Shown piece by piece: positions 50,021 through 59,588 of a stretch of DNA of 64,000 bases. Below the pieces are notes generated by a model that ran no database searches, was not told the DNA's origin, and saw only the letters and a list, made by a program, of their open reading frames with translations. The position numbers and the translations under genes were made by a program. Numbering within the stretch: the first letter of the stretch is position 1; each line of letters starts with the position of its first letter. This DNA is from an uncultured Pseudomonadales bacterium (lineage in GTDB: Bacteria > Patescibacteriota > Microgenomatia > UBA1400 > Chazhemtobacteraceae). Where the stretch lies: NCBI GenBank assembly GCA_964422035.1, contig CAYQZQ010000001.1, positions 121,013 through 185,012 on the forward strand, given 5' to 3'.

Positions 50021-51329
50021 TCAATACACGACAATCATTGGTTTGGAGGTACATATTGAAATTTCAACTAATCGAAAGATGTTCTGTGATTGTCCGGCAG
50101 AGCATTTTAGAATAAAACCAAACACTAATATTTGTCCTGTCTGTATGGGATTACCTGGTGCTTTGCCTGTGCCTAACAGACAGGCTATTGAGGATACCAT
50201 AAAGATTGCTTCTGCTTTGGGTTGTGAGATTAATCATGAAAGTAAGTTTGACCGTAAGCATTATTTTTATCCCGATTTGCCTAAAGGGTATCAAATAAGC
50301 CAGTATGACAAGCCTTTGGCCAGTGGGGGTGGCTATATGTTGTTTGACGGCGGTAGAGTCAGGATTAGAAGAGTTCATTTGGAAGAAGACACAGGTAAGT
50401 TAATACATAAGATGATTGAGGGGAAGGATTCAAGCTTGATAGATTACAATCGCAGTGGGGTGCCTTTAGTCGAGATTGTAACTGAGCCGGATTTTGATTC
50501 TGCTGAAGATGTTAAAGAATTTTTGAAGATGCTGCGCAGGACTGTTAGATACATTGGTGTATCTGATGCAGACATGGAAAAAGGCTCGATGAGACTTGAG
50601 GCAAATATCTCTGTATCTGAAGGTGGAGTCTTGCCTGAATATAAAGTTGAGATAAAAAATGTTAATTCATTTAGATATCTGGCTTCAGCAATCGAGCATG
50701 AGATTGAAAGGCAAAAGAAGGTGTTGATTGAAGGAGGCAAGATTGGTCAGGAAACCAGAGGTTGGTCAGTTGAAGAAGGTCAAACTGTAGTACAAAGAGT
50801 GAAAGAAGAAGCAAAAGATTATAGATATTTCCCTGAGCCTGATATACCACCAATGAATTTTAGTGATGAGGATATTAAGTTAATGATTAAAGATCAACCA
50901 GTTTTGCCTGCCGAGATTAGTGATGAGTTGATTGAGCTTGGAGTCAGAAAAGAATATATACAGGCAGTGTTAGATGATCAGAAAATGGCTAAATATGCAC
51001 TTAAGCTGGCTAAGAAAGCTGTTGACACTAAAATAAAGTCAGATAAAGCGGTGGGTATGATTGTGAATAAGAGAGTAGATTGGACTAAAAAAAGTCCAAA
51101 AAGTTTACTTGACGGGATCTTGGATAAAAAAAGTGAAGGTAAAGCTTCAAGAATCGATACCCAAAAGTGGGCCAAACAAGTGGTTGAGAGTAACCAGGAA
51201 GCTGTGAAAGACTATAAAGCGGGCAAAGAGACAGCTTTAAAGTTTTTGTTGGGCCAAGTGATGACTAGTTCGAAAGGCAAAGCAGACCCTCAAGTTGCAA
51301 GAGATGCTTTAAAGGAGATTTTAGACTAG
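50013..51329 (+). CDS. gatB: Asp/Glu-tRNA amidotransferase subunit B
   Basis: IGLEVH, YFYPDLPKGYQISQ, HLEED, DYRYFPEPD; start at 50013. Confidence 0.96.
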   Translation: MNNQYTTIIGLEVHIEISTNRKMFCDCPAEHFRIKPNTNICPVCMGLPGALPVPNRQAIEDTIKIASALGCEINHESKFDRKHYFYPDLPKGYQISQYDKPLASGGGYMLFDGGRVRIRRVHLEEDTGKLIHKMIEGKDSSLIDYNRSGVPLVEIVTEPDFDSAEDVKEFLKMLRRTVRYIGVSDADMEKGSMRLEANISVSEGGVLPEYKVEIKNVNSFRYLASAIEHEIERQKKVLIEGGKIGQETRGWSVEEGQTVVQRVKEEAKDYRYFPEPDIPPMNFSDEDIKLMIKDQPVLPAEISDELIELGVRKEYIQAVLDDQKMAKYALKLAKKAVDTKIKSDKAVGMIVNKRVDWTKKSPKSLLDGILDKKSEGKASRIDTQKWAKQVVESNQEAVKDYKAGKETALKFLLGQVMTSSKGKADPQVARDALKEILD

Positions 51330-51385
51330 AATTGGTTTTTGGGTATTGATTAGAGAGAGTTTAATTCTTAGTATGAAGTTGTTAT

Positions 51386-54300
51386 ATGTCAAATGATTTT
51401 GTTCATCTTCATGTTCACAGTGAGTATTCTCTATTGGATGGTCTCTCCAATATTGACAAGATGGTTGATAGAGCCAAGGAGCAGGGCGCAAAAGCGATTG
51501 CACTAACTGATCATGGTTCAATGTACGGAGTAATCGAGTTTTATAAGAAATGCAAGAAGGAAGGTATTAAACCCATTGTTGGATGTGAGATTTACATGTC
51601 TAAGGATGATTATAAAAAGAAAAAGCGAAGAGATGCTTATCACTTGACTGTTTGGGCGAAGAATAAAGCAGGTTATAAAAATTTGATGAAGATTGTATCG
51701 ATAGGTCATCTGGAGGGATTTTATTACAAACCTAGAGTTGATATAGAACTTTTAGGCAAGTATTCTGAGGGGCTTATGGCTAGCTCTGGATGTTCGTCGA
51801 GTTTAATTTCTAAACAACTGCTTAATGAATCTTATGAGAATGCTAAGGAAACTACTGAAAAATTTATAGATATATTTGGTGCAGATGATTTTTATATAGA
51901 ATTGCAGCGTCACCCTTATAAAAAAATGGCCAATGAGCAAGATGTGCCTGAAAAAGTAAAAAAAGACTTGGAAAGAATGGAAGAGGAGCAGGAGATAGTT
52001 GAGAAAGGTTTAGTTAAGCTATCTAGAGAGCTAGGTCTGCCGATTATTGCTACAAACGATGTCCATTATGTAGAGAAAGAAGATGCTGTAGCTCAAGATG
52101 CTGTTGTTTGTATTCAAACAGGAAAAATGATTGATGAGATTGATCGAATGAGGTACGTAGATACGCCGGATTTTTATCTTAAGTCTACAAAAGAGATGAA
52201 GGAGATTTTTGCAGATTTACCAGAGGCTGTAGAAAATACTGTTAAGTTAGCTGAGAAAGTTGATTTGCAGATTAAATTAGGTGAATGGTATTTTCCCAAG
52301 TTTGACTTGCCGGAAGGCAAGACGGCTGGTGAGGCTTTGCGAGATATGGCTTATAAGGGAGCAGAGGAAAGATTTGGTGAAATTAATGAAGAAATAGAAG
52401 AGAGGCTCGATTATGAGTTGAAGATTATTGATGATAGAGGTTACTCTCCGTATTTTTTGATTTATGCTGATATGACCCGTTATGCCAGCGAGAACGGTAT
52501 ATTTGTAAATACTAGAGGGAGTGCTGCAGGATCTTTAGTTTCATATTGTTGTGGAATTACGACTGTTGATCCTCTTCGTTATGATTTACCTTTTGAGCGT
52601 TTCTTAAACCCTTATCGTCCATCGCCTCCTGATATTGATTTAGATATTTCTGATGATCGTCGAGATGACATGATTAATTATTTGAGAGATAAATATGGTG
52701 ATGAAAAGGTAGCTCAAATTTGTACTTTTGGAACAATGAAGGCCAGGGCTGCAGTGAGAGATGTAGGAAGAGTGATGGGTATGCCCTACTCTCAGCCGGA
52801 CAGGGTGGCGAAGATGATTCCTTTGGGTAGTCAGGGATTTAAAATGACTTTAGACAGGGCTCTTAAAGAATCTAAGGAGCTTAAGAGAGCATATAAAAGC
52901 GAAGATGAGACACGGGAGTTGATAGAGATGGCAAAGAAAATTGAGGGGAATGTAAGACACATATCTGTGCACGCAGCTGCGGTGGTTGCTTCGCCGACTG
53001 AGATGACTGATTTTACGCCTTTGCAAACAGAGCCGGGTAGTGGAGACAAGGTAATTACTCAGTATGAGATGCATGCGTGTGAGGATGTTGGTCTTATTAA
53101 GCTTGATATTTTGGGGATAAGAAATTTGTCAATTATGGCTAACGCAATTACCATAATTGAGAAACTACAAGGTATTGAGATTGATATATATAAGATTCCT
53201 TTAGATGATAAGCAAACTTTTGAGATGTTATCAAAGGGGAGAACTTTTGGTGTGTTTCAACTGGCGTCTTCTGGGATGACTAGATATCTAATGGAGCTTG
53301 AGCCGGAGAGAATTGAAGACATTATGCAGATGGTGGCTTTGTATCGACCGGGACCGATGTCATTTATTCCGGAGTATATTAAGCGTAAGCATAATCCTAA
53401 GTTAGTTAAGTATATGGATCCTCGAATGGAGGACATACTAGAAAGTTCTTATGGGGTGATTGTTTATCAAGATGATGTTTTGTATGTAGCTCTTGAGTTG
53501 GCTGGTTATGACTGGGGTGAGGCGGACAAATTTAGAAAAGCTATTGGTAAAAAAATCCCTGAGGAGATGGAGAAACAGAGGGATAAGTTTATCAATGGAT
53601 GTGTAGAGAACGGCATGGATAAAAAGGTGGCTATAGAGTTGTTTTCAAGGATTGAGACGTTTGCTGCATATGGTTTTAATAAAGCTCATGCTGCAAGTTA
53701 CGGAATGGTAAGTTACTGGACAGCTTATCTTAAAGCTAACTATCCGATTGAGTACATGACTGCCCTTTTAACAGCTGAGTCAGGCAATACTGACAAGTTG
53801 GTTGAGGCTATTAATGAGTGTGAAGAGATGGGAATAAAAATATTGCCTCCAGATGTTAATCAATCATTAATTGCTTTTACTGTAGTCAAAGAAGATAACG
53901 GAGAGAGAGCGATAAGATTTGGGTTGAGTGCTATTAAGAATGTGGGTGAAGCAGCTGTTGAGGCGATTCTTGAGGATAGAAAAGCAAATGGAGAGTTTAG
54001 TTCGTTATCGGATTTTTGTATGCGGGTTGATGCCAGGAAGGTGAACAAAAAAGTTTTGGAAAGTTTAATAAAATCAGGAGCGATGGATCGTTTTGGAGAA
54101 AGAGCAGCCTTGATGGCTGGTTTGGGAAATATTAGAAATAAGGCTTCATCTATGCAAAAGAAAAAAGAAGCGGGACAGGAAAGCCTATTTGGAAATGTGA
54201 GTAAGGAGAATAATCCGATGGCTATCAAGGATGTTTTGCCTGATGTTGAACCTTGGGCAAAGAAGGATAAACTACGATTTGAAAAAGAACTTTTAGGCTT

Positions 54301-54865
54301 TTATCTTTCTGATAATCCGATTAAATCAGTTATGGGCAAGATGGAGTCTTTGATTACCCATAGAATAAATCAGTTAGATGTCAAGCATCATGTTGGTCAG
54401 ACTGTAAAGGTAGTGGGAATGATAACTGACATTAGGAAAGTGCAAACAAGGAGAAATAACGATTCGATGGCGTTTGGTGAAATCGAGGATGATAGTGGTT
54501 CGGTTAATATTGTTGTTTTTCCAACAATTTATGATGAAACAAGGAAGTTTTGGGAGGAAGACAAGCTGGTATTTATTGAGGGTAAGGTTGATGATAGGGA
54601 TAACAATCTTAATTTATTGGTAGGTTCGGTTGAATTGATTGAGAATGTCAAAGAACCTGACACGAAGATCAGAAGGATTAAGATTCCCCGTGGTACTGAA
54701 AAATCGGTATTAAGAGAAATTAGCAACCTGCTTAGAGAAAACCCCGGAGATGATAGGGTGAAGATAGTAGTTCCTAATAATGGAGGACCTAAAATTATTG
54801 ATGTTCCTTTCACTGTAGATTATTCCAAAAAGCTTGACAGTAAAATTGATAAGCTGTTAGACTAA
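51386..54865 (+). CDS. dnaE: DNA polymerase III alpha subunit
   Basis: HLHVHSEYSLLDG, RGSAAGS, PDIDLD, KLDILG, YGFNKAH; no intein. Confidence 0.97.
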   Translation: MSNDFVHLHVHSEYSLLDGLSNIDKMVDRAKEQGAKAIALTDHGSMYGVIEFYKKCKKEGIKPIVGCEIYMSKDDYKKKKRRDAYHLTVWAKNKAGYKNLMKIVSIGHLEGFYYKPRVDIELLGKYSEGLMASSGCSSSLISKQLLNESYENAKETTEKFIDIFGADDFYIELQRHPYKKMANEQDVPEKVKKDLERMEEEQEIVEKGLVKLSRELGLPIIATNDVHYVEKEDAVAQDAVVCIQTGKMIDEIDRMRYVDTPDFYLKSTKEMKEIFADLPEAVENTVKLAEKVDLQIKLGEWYFPKFDLPEGKTAGEALRDMAYKGAEERFGEINEEIEERLDYELKIIDDRGYSPYFLIYADMTRYASENGIFVNTRGSAAGSLVSYCCGITTVDPLRYDLPFERFLNPYRPSPPDIDLDISDDRRDDMINYLRDKYGDEKVAQICTFGTMKARAAVRDVGRVMGMPYSQPDRVAKMIPLGSQGFKMTLDRALKESKELKRAYKSEDETRELIEMAKKIEGNVRHISVHAAAVVASPTEMTDFTPLQTEPGSGDKVITQYEMHACEDVGLIKLDILGIRNLSIMANAITIIEKLQGIEIDIYKIPLDDKQTFEMLSKGRTFGVFQLASSGMTRYLMELEPERIEDIMQMVALYRPGPMSFIPEYIKRKHNPKLVKYMDPRMEDILESSYGVIVYQDDVLYVALELAGYDWGEADKFRKAIGKKIPEEMEKQRDKFINGCVENGMDKKVAIELFSRIETFAAYGFNKAHAASYGMVSYWTAYLKANYPIEYMTALLTAESGNTDKLVEAINECEEMGIKILPPDVNQSLIAFTVVKEDNGERAIRFGLSAIKNVGEAAVEAILEDRKANGEFSSLSDFCMRVDARKVNKKVLESLIKSGAMDRFGERAALMAGLGNIRNKASSMQKKKEAGQESLFGNVSKENNPMAIKDVLPDVEPWAKKDKLRFEKELLGFYLSDNPIKSVMGKMESLITHRINQLDVKHHVGQTVKVVGMITDIRKVQTRRNNDSMAFGEIEDDSGSVNIVVFPTIYDETRKFWEEDKLVFIEGKVDDRDNNLNLLVGSVELIENVKEPDTKIRRIKIPRGTEKSVLREISNLLRENPGDDRVKIVVPNNGGPKIIDVPFTVDYSKKLDSKIDKLLD

Positions 54866-54869
54866 GGAT

Positions 54870-54912
54870 CCAGTTGGTTAATCAATCATGTAGGTTAGCC
54901 GGCTGGTTTTTT
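54870..54912 (+). terminator. Intrinsic terminator after dnaE
   Basis: CCAGTTGGTTAATC...GGTTAGCCGGCTGG (several G-U pairs) followed by T6. Confidence 0.65.
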
Positions 54913-54927
54913 GTTATTAAAAGAGTT

Positions 54928-56580
54928 ATGAAAACAAAGTTTATTTTTACAATTGGTGGGGTTTTGTCGGGACTTGGGAAAGGTATTACTACAGCTTCGG
55001 TAGGTCTACTTTTAAAACAAAGAGGATTTAAGGTTACAGCGGTCAAAATAGATCCTTATATAAGTATCGATGCGGGTACTATGAGGCCGGCTGAACATGG
55101 TGAAACTTTTGTTACTGCAGATGGTGGGGAGATCGATCAGGATTTGGGCAACTATGAAAGATTTTTAGGAGTTGAGTTGTCAAAGGACAATAATATTACA
55201 ACAGGTAAAGCTTATAAAGGAGTTATCGACAAGGAAAGATCATTTGCTTATGAAGGGAGAGATGCTCAGATCTTTCCGGATCTTATTAATGAGATTAAGG
55301 AGAGTATTTATAAATCTGGCGAAGGTTATGATTTCTGTTTAGTTGAAGTGGGAGGAACTACTGGTGATATTGAAAACCTTCCCTTTTTGCATGCAGTTAG
55401 AGAGATTGGTAAGGAAAATGATGCGGTGTATCTAATGGTGACTTATTTACCTTTTTTGAAAAATGTGGGAGAGCTAAAGACAAAACCCACCCAGCATGCG
55501 GTAGCTGAGTTACGAAGTGTAGGTATTTTTCCTGATTTGATAATTACCAGAAATGAGATTCCTATTGATCAACCAAGAATCGAGACTATTTCGAAGCGGT
55601 GTTTTATTGACGAGGAAAAGATTATTGATAATCCTGACACTGAGAATATCTATTCCATTCCCCTGCTCTTTGAAAAGGAAGAGGTGGCAGACAAAATTTT
55701 GAGAGAGTTTGAAATAGAGAATGGTAAGTCTGATTTAAAGGAGTGGAAGAGCATTGTAGATAATATTGATAATCCTGATAGGAAATTAAGAGTAGGAATG
55801 GTTGGTAAGTATCATAAGCACGGCGCTGATGTGCATAAGGATGTATATATTTCAGTTTATGAAGCGATTACCCACGCTGCTGCAAAACTAGCTGTTGAGA
55901 TTGAACTGGTTCCGATTGAGTCTGAAAAGCTAGAAGATGGGAAGAATGTCAAGATAATAATGGGTAAGTATAACCTGGATGGATTAATAGGGCCTCAAGG
56001 TTGGGGTACCAGAGGCGTTGAAGGAATTATTAAGGGTATAGAGTATGCCAGGGAGGAGAAATTGCCTTATCTGGGCTTGTGTTTTGGAATGCAGTTGCTT
56101 ACCGTTGAGTATGCACGAAATGTTGCTGGTTTGGATGAAGCTAATTCAGTTGAGGTCGACAAGGAAACAGCTCATCCAGTAGTCCATATTATGCCCGACC
56201 AGAAGAAGTATCTTGAGAAACAACAGTATGGAGGTACAATCCGACTTGGAAACTGGTCGTGCAAAATTAAAGATGGGACGTTGATAGAAAAATGCTATTT
56301 AGAACATGGGTATGAAAAAGAAGATGGTGATTTGATAGTTGATGAGAGACACCGTCATCGATACGAGTTTAACAATAAGTACAAGGATCAGTTGGGAGAA
56401 AAGGGCTTGGTATTCAGTGGCGTGTCGCCAGATGGAAAACTGGTAGAGGCTGTCGAGTTACCTGTTGATATGCATCCATTTTTTGTTGGAACTCAGTTTC
56501 ATCCGGAGTATAAATCGAGGGTAATGGAGCCTCACCCATTGTTTATTGAGTTTATAAAAGCTTGTGTTGAGGCTAATTAG
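54928..56580 (+). CDS. pyrG: CTP synthase
   Basis: GGVLSGLGKG, KTKPTQH, GLCFGMQ, RHRHRYE, QFHPE; start at 54928. Confidence 0.96.
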   Translation: MKTKFIFTIGGVLSGLGKGITTASVGLLLKQRGFKVTAVKIDPYISIDAGTMRPAEHGETFVTADGGEIDQDLGNYERFLGVELSKDNNITTGKAYKGVIDKERSFAYEGRDAQIFPDLINEIKESIYKSGEGYDFCLVEVGGTTGDIENLPFLHAVREIGKENDAVYLMVTYLPFLKNVGELKTKPTQHAVAELRSVGIFPDLIITRNEIPIDQPRIETISKRCFIDEEKIIDNPDTENIYSIPLLFEKEEVADKILREFEIENGKSDLKEWKSIVDNIDNPDRKLRVGMVGKYHKHGADVHKDVYISVYEAITHAAAKLAVEIELVPIESEKLEDGKNVKIIMGKYNLDGLIGPQGWGTRGVEGIIKGIEYAREEKLPYLGLCFGMQLLTVEYARNVAGLDEANSVEVDKETAHPVVHIMPDQKKYLEKQQYGGTIRLGNWSCKIKDGTLIEKCYLEHGYEKEDGDLIVDERHRHRYEFNNKYKDQLGEKGLVFSGVSPDGKLVEAVELPVDMHPFFVGTQFHPEYKSRVMEPHPLFIEFIKACVEAN

Positions 56581-56598
56581 CTGGTAAAATTTACGAAT

Positions 56599-57066
56599 AT
56601 GGCAAATCAACTAAATTGGAGAAATAAAGTTAAGTTTTCTAGCGGAGATACTATTAAAGTACACCAAAAGGTGGAAGAAGGTGATAAAAGCAGAAACCAG
56701 ATATTTGAAGGTGTTGTTATTAGGATTAAGGGTAATCCTGGCTCTAAAAGCTTCACAGTTAGAAAAATGGGTGCTAACAAAGTAGGTGTTGAGAAAATTT
56801 TTCCAGAAGACTCCCCTGGTGTAACGAAAGTAGAGATAGTTAAACAAGGAAGAGTATGTCGTGCTAACCTTTCTTATTTAAGAGACAAAGTAACCAAAAA
56901 GGATTCTAAGATTGAGGATAGATTTGTAAAAGCTAATAAAGAAGAAAAGTCTGAAGAAGCAGAGGATGTAGTTGAGAAGACTAAAGAAAAAACTGAGCCT
57001 AAAAAAGACAAAAAAGATGAGAAAACTAAGGAAAAAGGTGAAAAAAAAGAAGAAGACAAAAAGTAA
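56599..57066 (+). CDS. rplS: 50S ribosomal protein L19 with K/E-rich tail
   Basis: GDTIKV, R.QIFEGVVI, FTVRK, GVEKIFP, RANLSYLR. Confidence 0.95.
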   Translation: MANQLNWRNKVKFSSGDTIKVHQKVEEGDKSRNQIFEGVVIRIKGNPGSKSFTVRKMGANKVGVEKIFPEDSPGVTKVEIVKQGRVCRANLSYLRDKVTKKDSKIEDRFVKANKEEKSEEAEDVVEKTKEKTEPKKDKKDEKTKEKGEKKEEDKK

Positions 57067-57112
57067 TAAGGGAGTTTCAAACTAGCAGTAATGGTAAAAT
57101 AGCTGTTAATTA

Positions 57113-57187
57113 GGGTCCGTAGCTCAGCCTGGTTAGAGCACCTGCCTTTTAAGCAGGGTGTCCTGGGTTCGAATCCCAGCGGACCCA
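57113..57187 (+). tRNA. tRNA-Lys(TTT)
   Basis: GGGTCCG/CGGACCC; CCTGC-CT-TTT-AA-GCAGG; GGTTCGAATCC. Confidence 0.96.
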
Positions 57188-57193
57188 CATCTA

Positions 57194-57268
57194 GGCCCCA
57201 TCGTCTAGTCTGGTCTAGGACGCCAGGTTTTCATCCTGGTAACCCGGGTTCGAATCCCGGTGGGGTCA
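57194..57268 (+). tRNA. tRNA-Glu(TTC)
   Basis: GGCCCCA/TGGGGTC; CCAGG-TT-TTC-AT-CCTGG; GGTTCGAATCC. Confidence 0.96.
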
Positions 57269-57504
57269 CATTTATAGGCTTATTTGCTTGTTACTAAATT
57301 CACTTTTTGGGTTCCTTTTATACATTTTTGTTGTTGATCTAGGTTTATTAATTGGTGGGTTGAGTTGTTATGTATATAAAGAATAAGGACTATAGGATAG
57401 TATATTCTGTTTAATTGTTTTTTGCTAAAAGAGATTGTTATGCTATCTGAATATATTAAGGCGCTCTTTATGGTTAGTCGGGGTTAAACTGTTATGATTA
57501 GATT

Positions 57505-57990
57505 ATGAAAGTTTTGGGAATTGATCCAGGTACTGGTAGGACTGGTTGGGCAATTGTTGGAAGAGATGGGGGCAGCAATAGATTAATAGAGTGTGGCTGC
57601 TTGGAAACAAAAGCTCATACTCCCCTACCTGACCGATTATATAAAATTTACCAGAAAATTAATGCTTTAATTGAGAAGCATGAACCTTCAGAGGCGGCCA
57701 TAGAGAAAATATTTTTTTCTAAGAATGTCAAAACCGCTATGAGTGTTGGACATGCCAGAGGTGTAGTTTTATTGGCTTGCAAACTGTCCAATATAGATAT
57801 TTTTTCATATGCTCCTTCGCAGATTAAATCCTCTGTGACGGGATATGGTAATGCTCCCAAAAAGCAAGTACAAGAGATGGTAAAAAGCATTTTAAACTTA
57901 GAGGAAGTGCCCAAACCAGATGATGCGGCTGATGCTGTAGCGGTGGCTTTGACTCACTTGGCAATCCCTCCGGCTTTAAGAGAAAATTAG
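57505..57990 (+). CDS. ruvC: Holliday junction resolvase
   Basis: LGIDPG, AIEKIFF, ARGV, DDAADAVAVA. Confidence 0.96.
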   Translation: MKVLGIDPGTGRTGWAIVGRDGGSNRLIECGCLETKAHTPLPDRLYKIYQKINALIEKHEPSEAAIEKIFFSKNVKTAMSVGHARGVVLLACKLSNIDIFSYAPSQIKSSVTGYGNAPKKQVQEMVKSILNLEEVPKPDDAADAVAVALTHLAIPPALREN

Positions 57991-58010
57991 GGAAGTGTAA
58001 AATGAAATAG

Positions 58011-58577
58011 ATGATAGGATATATAGAAGGACAAATCTCTCATATTGATAGAGGTAAAGTTGTTGTAATGACAAACTCTGGAGTGGGTTATTCTGTTGCG
58101 GTATCGAACCAATTTTTATTTAAAAAGGAAGCGGGTCAGGCGATCAAACTATATATTTACACTCATGTAAGAGAGGATGCACTTGATTTGATTGGTTTTG
58201 GTAAGCTAGAAGATTTACAATTGTTTGGACAGTTGATCGATGTTTCTGGTGTTGGCCCTAAGCTCGGGTTGAGCATTATTGAAGCTGATAGTTCTGAAGC
58301 TATTGTTAAGGCGATTCAAGAAGCTGATATTGACTTTTTCACCTCTGTGTCGGGAATTGGAAAAAAAAGTGCTCAGAGACTAATAGTCGAGCTTCAAAGT
58401 AAGGTAGGAGGCGATGGAATTGATCTTAAGGAGTCTCCAGAAAGGAAAGAGGTTGTTGATGCCATTGCCAGTTTAGGATTTGGCAAGAAAGAAGCCAGAG
58501 ATGCTCTTAAGGGGGTTGATCTAGATGCTAAAGTAGAAGAGCAGATTAAAGAAGGATTGAAAAATTTAAAAAAATAA
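58011..58577 (+). CDS. ruvA: Holliday junction branch migration protein RuvA
   Basis: MIGYIEG, GVGY, HVRED, VSGVGPK, GIGKKSA. Confidence 0.96.
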   Translation: MIGYIEGQISHIDRGKVVVMTNSGVGYSVAVSNQFLFKKEAGQAIKLYIYTHVREDALDLIGFGKLEDLQLFGQLIDVSGVGPKLGLSIIEADSSEAIVKAIQEADIDFFTSVSGIGKKSAQRLIVELQSKVGGDGIDLKESPERKEVVDAIASLGFGKKEARDALKGVDLDAKVEEQIKEGLKNLKK

Positions 58578-59576
58578 ATGTCAAAAAAAGATAAGGAAGC
58601 AAATCAAGAACTTGAAGAGGTACTAAATTCACTACGTGCTCAAAGTTGGGATGAGTTTATTGGTCAAAGTCGGGTAAAGGAAAGCTTATCTATTGCCATT
58701 AAGGCAGCTCAAGAAAGAGATGAGGCCATGGAACATTCACTGTTTTATGGACCTCCGGGGTTGGGAAAGACGACTTTAGCTCACCTTGTAGCCCAGAGTA
58801 TGGGTGTGAACATTAAAGTTACCTCAGGGCCAGCAATTGAAAGATCAGGTGACTTGGCTGCTATCTTGTCCTCGTTGGAAACGGGTGATGTGTTGTTTAT
58901 TGATGAGATTCACAGGCTTAACAAGACTGTAGAAGAGACTTTATATCCAGCTATGGAAGATTATGCTCTGGATGTTGTTTTAGGCAAGGGGCCTTCTGCC
59001 AGGACTGTAAGGCTTAATTTAGATAAGTTTACCTTAATCGGAGCGACCACCAGAATAGGTTTAATTGCAGCTCCTTTGAGAGATAGGTTTGGTATGACGC
59101 ACAGACTGGATTTTTATAAGGATAATGAGTTAGTTGAAATTTTATTTAATGCGGCAGAAAAACTTAAAATGTCTTTGGATAAAAAATCAGCTAAGGTAAT
59201 TGCTAGAAGGTCAAGGAAGACGGCAAGGATCGCCTTGAAGTTATTACGACGGGTAAGAGATTTTGCTCAGGTTAAATTTGATGATGAGATAAGCCCCGAA
59301 GTGGCTATAGGAGCGCTGTCTATGCTAGGTATAGATGAAAAGGGGTTGATGGATGCAGATCGAAAGCTTATTAAGTCGATAATCAAAAAACATAAAGGTG
59401 GACCAGTGGGTGTGGAAACTCTTTCTGCGCTTATTCATGAAGAGGTTGACACAATCAAAGATGTCTACGAGCCATTTTTGATGCAGATTGGAATGCTTAA
59501 GCGAACTTCAAGGGGCAGAGTGGCAACCAGAAAAGCCTACGAGCATCTAGATTTAAAGAAAAGATCCGATACATAG
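58578..59576 (+). CDS. ruvB: Holliday junction branch migration ATPase RuvB
   Basis: GPPGLGKTT, FIDEIHR, GATTR, LRDRFG, YEPFL. Confidence 0.97.
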   Translation: MSKKDKEANQELEEVLNSLRAQSWDEFIGQSRVKESLSIAIKAAQERDEAMEHSLFYGPPGLGKTTLAHLVAQSMGVNIKVTSGPAIERSGDLAAILSSLETGDVLFIDEIHRLNKTVEETLYPAMEDYALDVVLGKGPSARTVRLNLDKFTLIGATTRIGLIAAPLRDRFGMTHRLDFYKDNELVEILFNAAEKLKMSLDKKSAKVIARRSRKTARIALKLLRRVRDFAQVKFDDEISPEVAIGALSMLGIDEKGLMDADRKLIKSIIKKHKGGPVGVETLSALIHEEVDTIKDVYEPFLMQIGMLKRTSRGRVATRKAYEHLDLKKRSDT

Positions 59577-59588
59577 TAAAATAAATAG

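Noticed and set aside
54870-54927. pyrG attenuator by reiterative transcription
   Set aside because: The hairpin starts right after the dnaE stop with no room for a promoter and G-run leader; best read as the dnaE terminator.
57269-57504. 236-bp gap after tRNA-Glu as an islet remnant or sRNA
   Set aside because: No tRNA 3' repeat, convincing ORF or stable structure seen.
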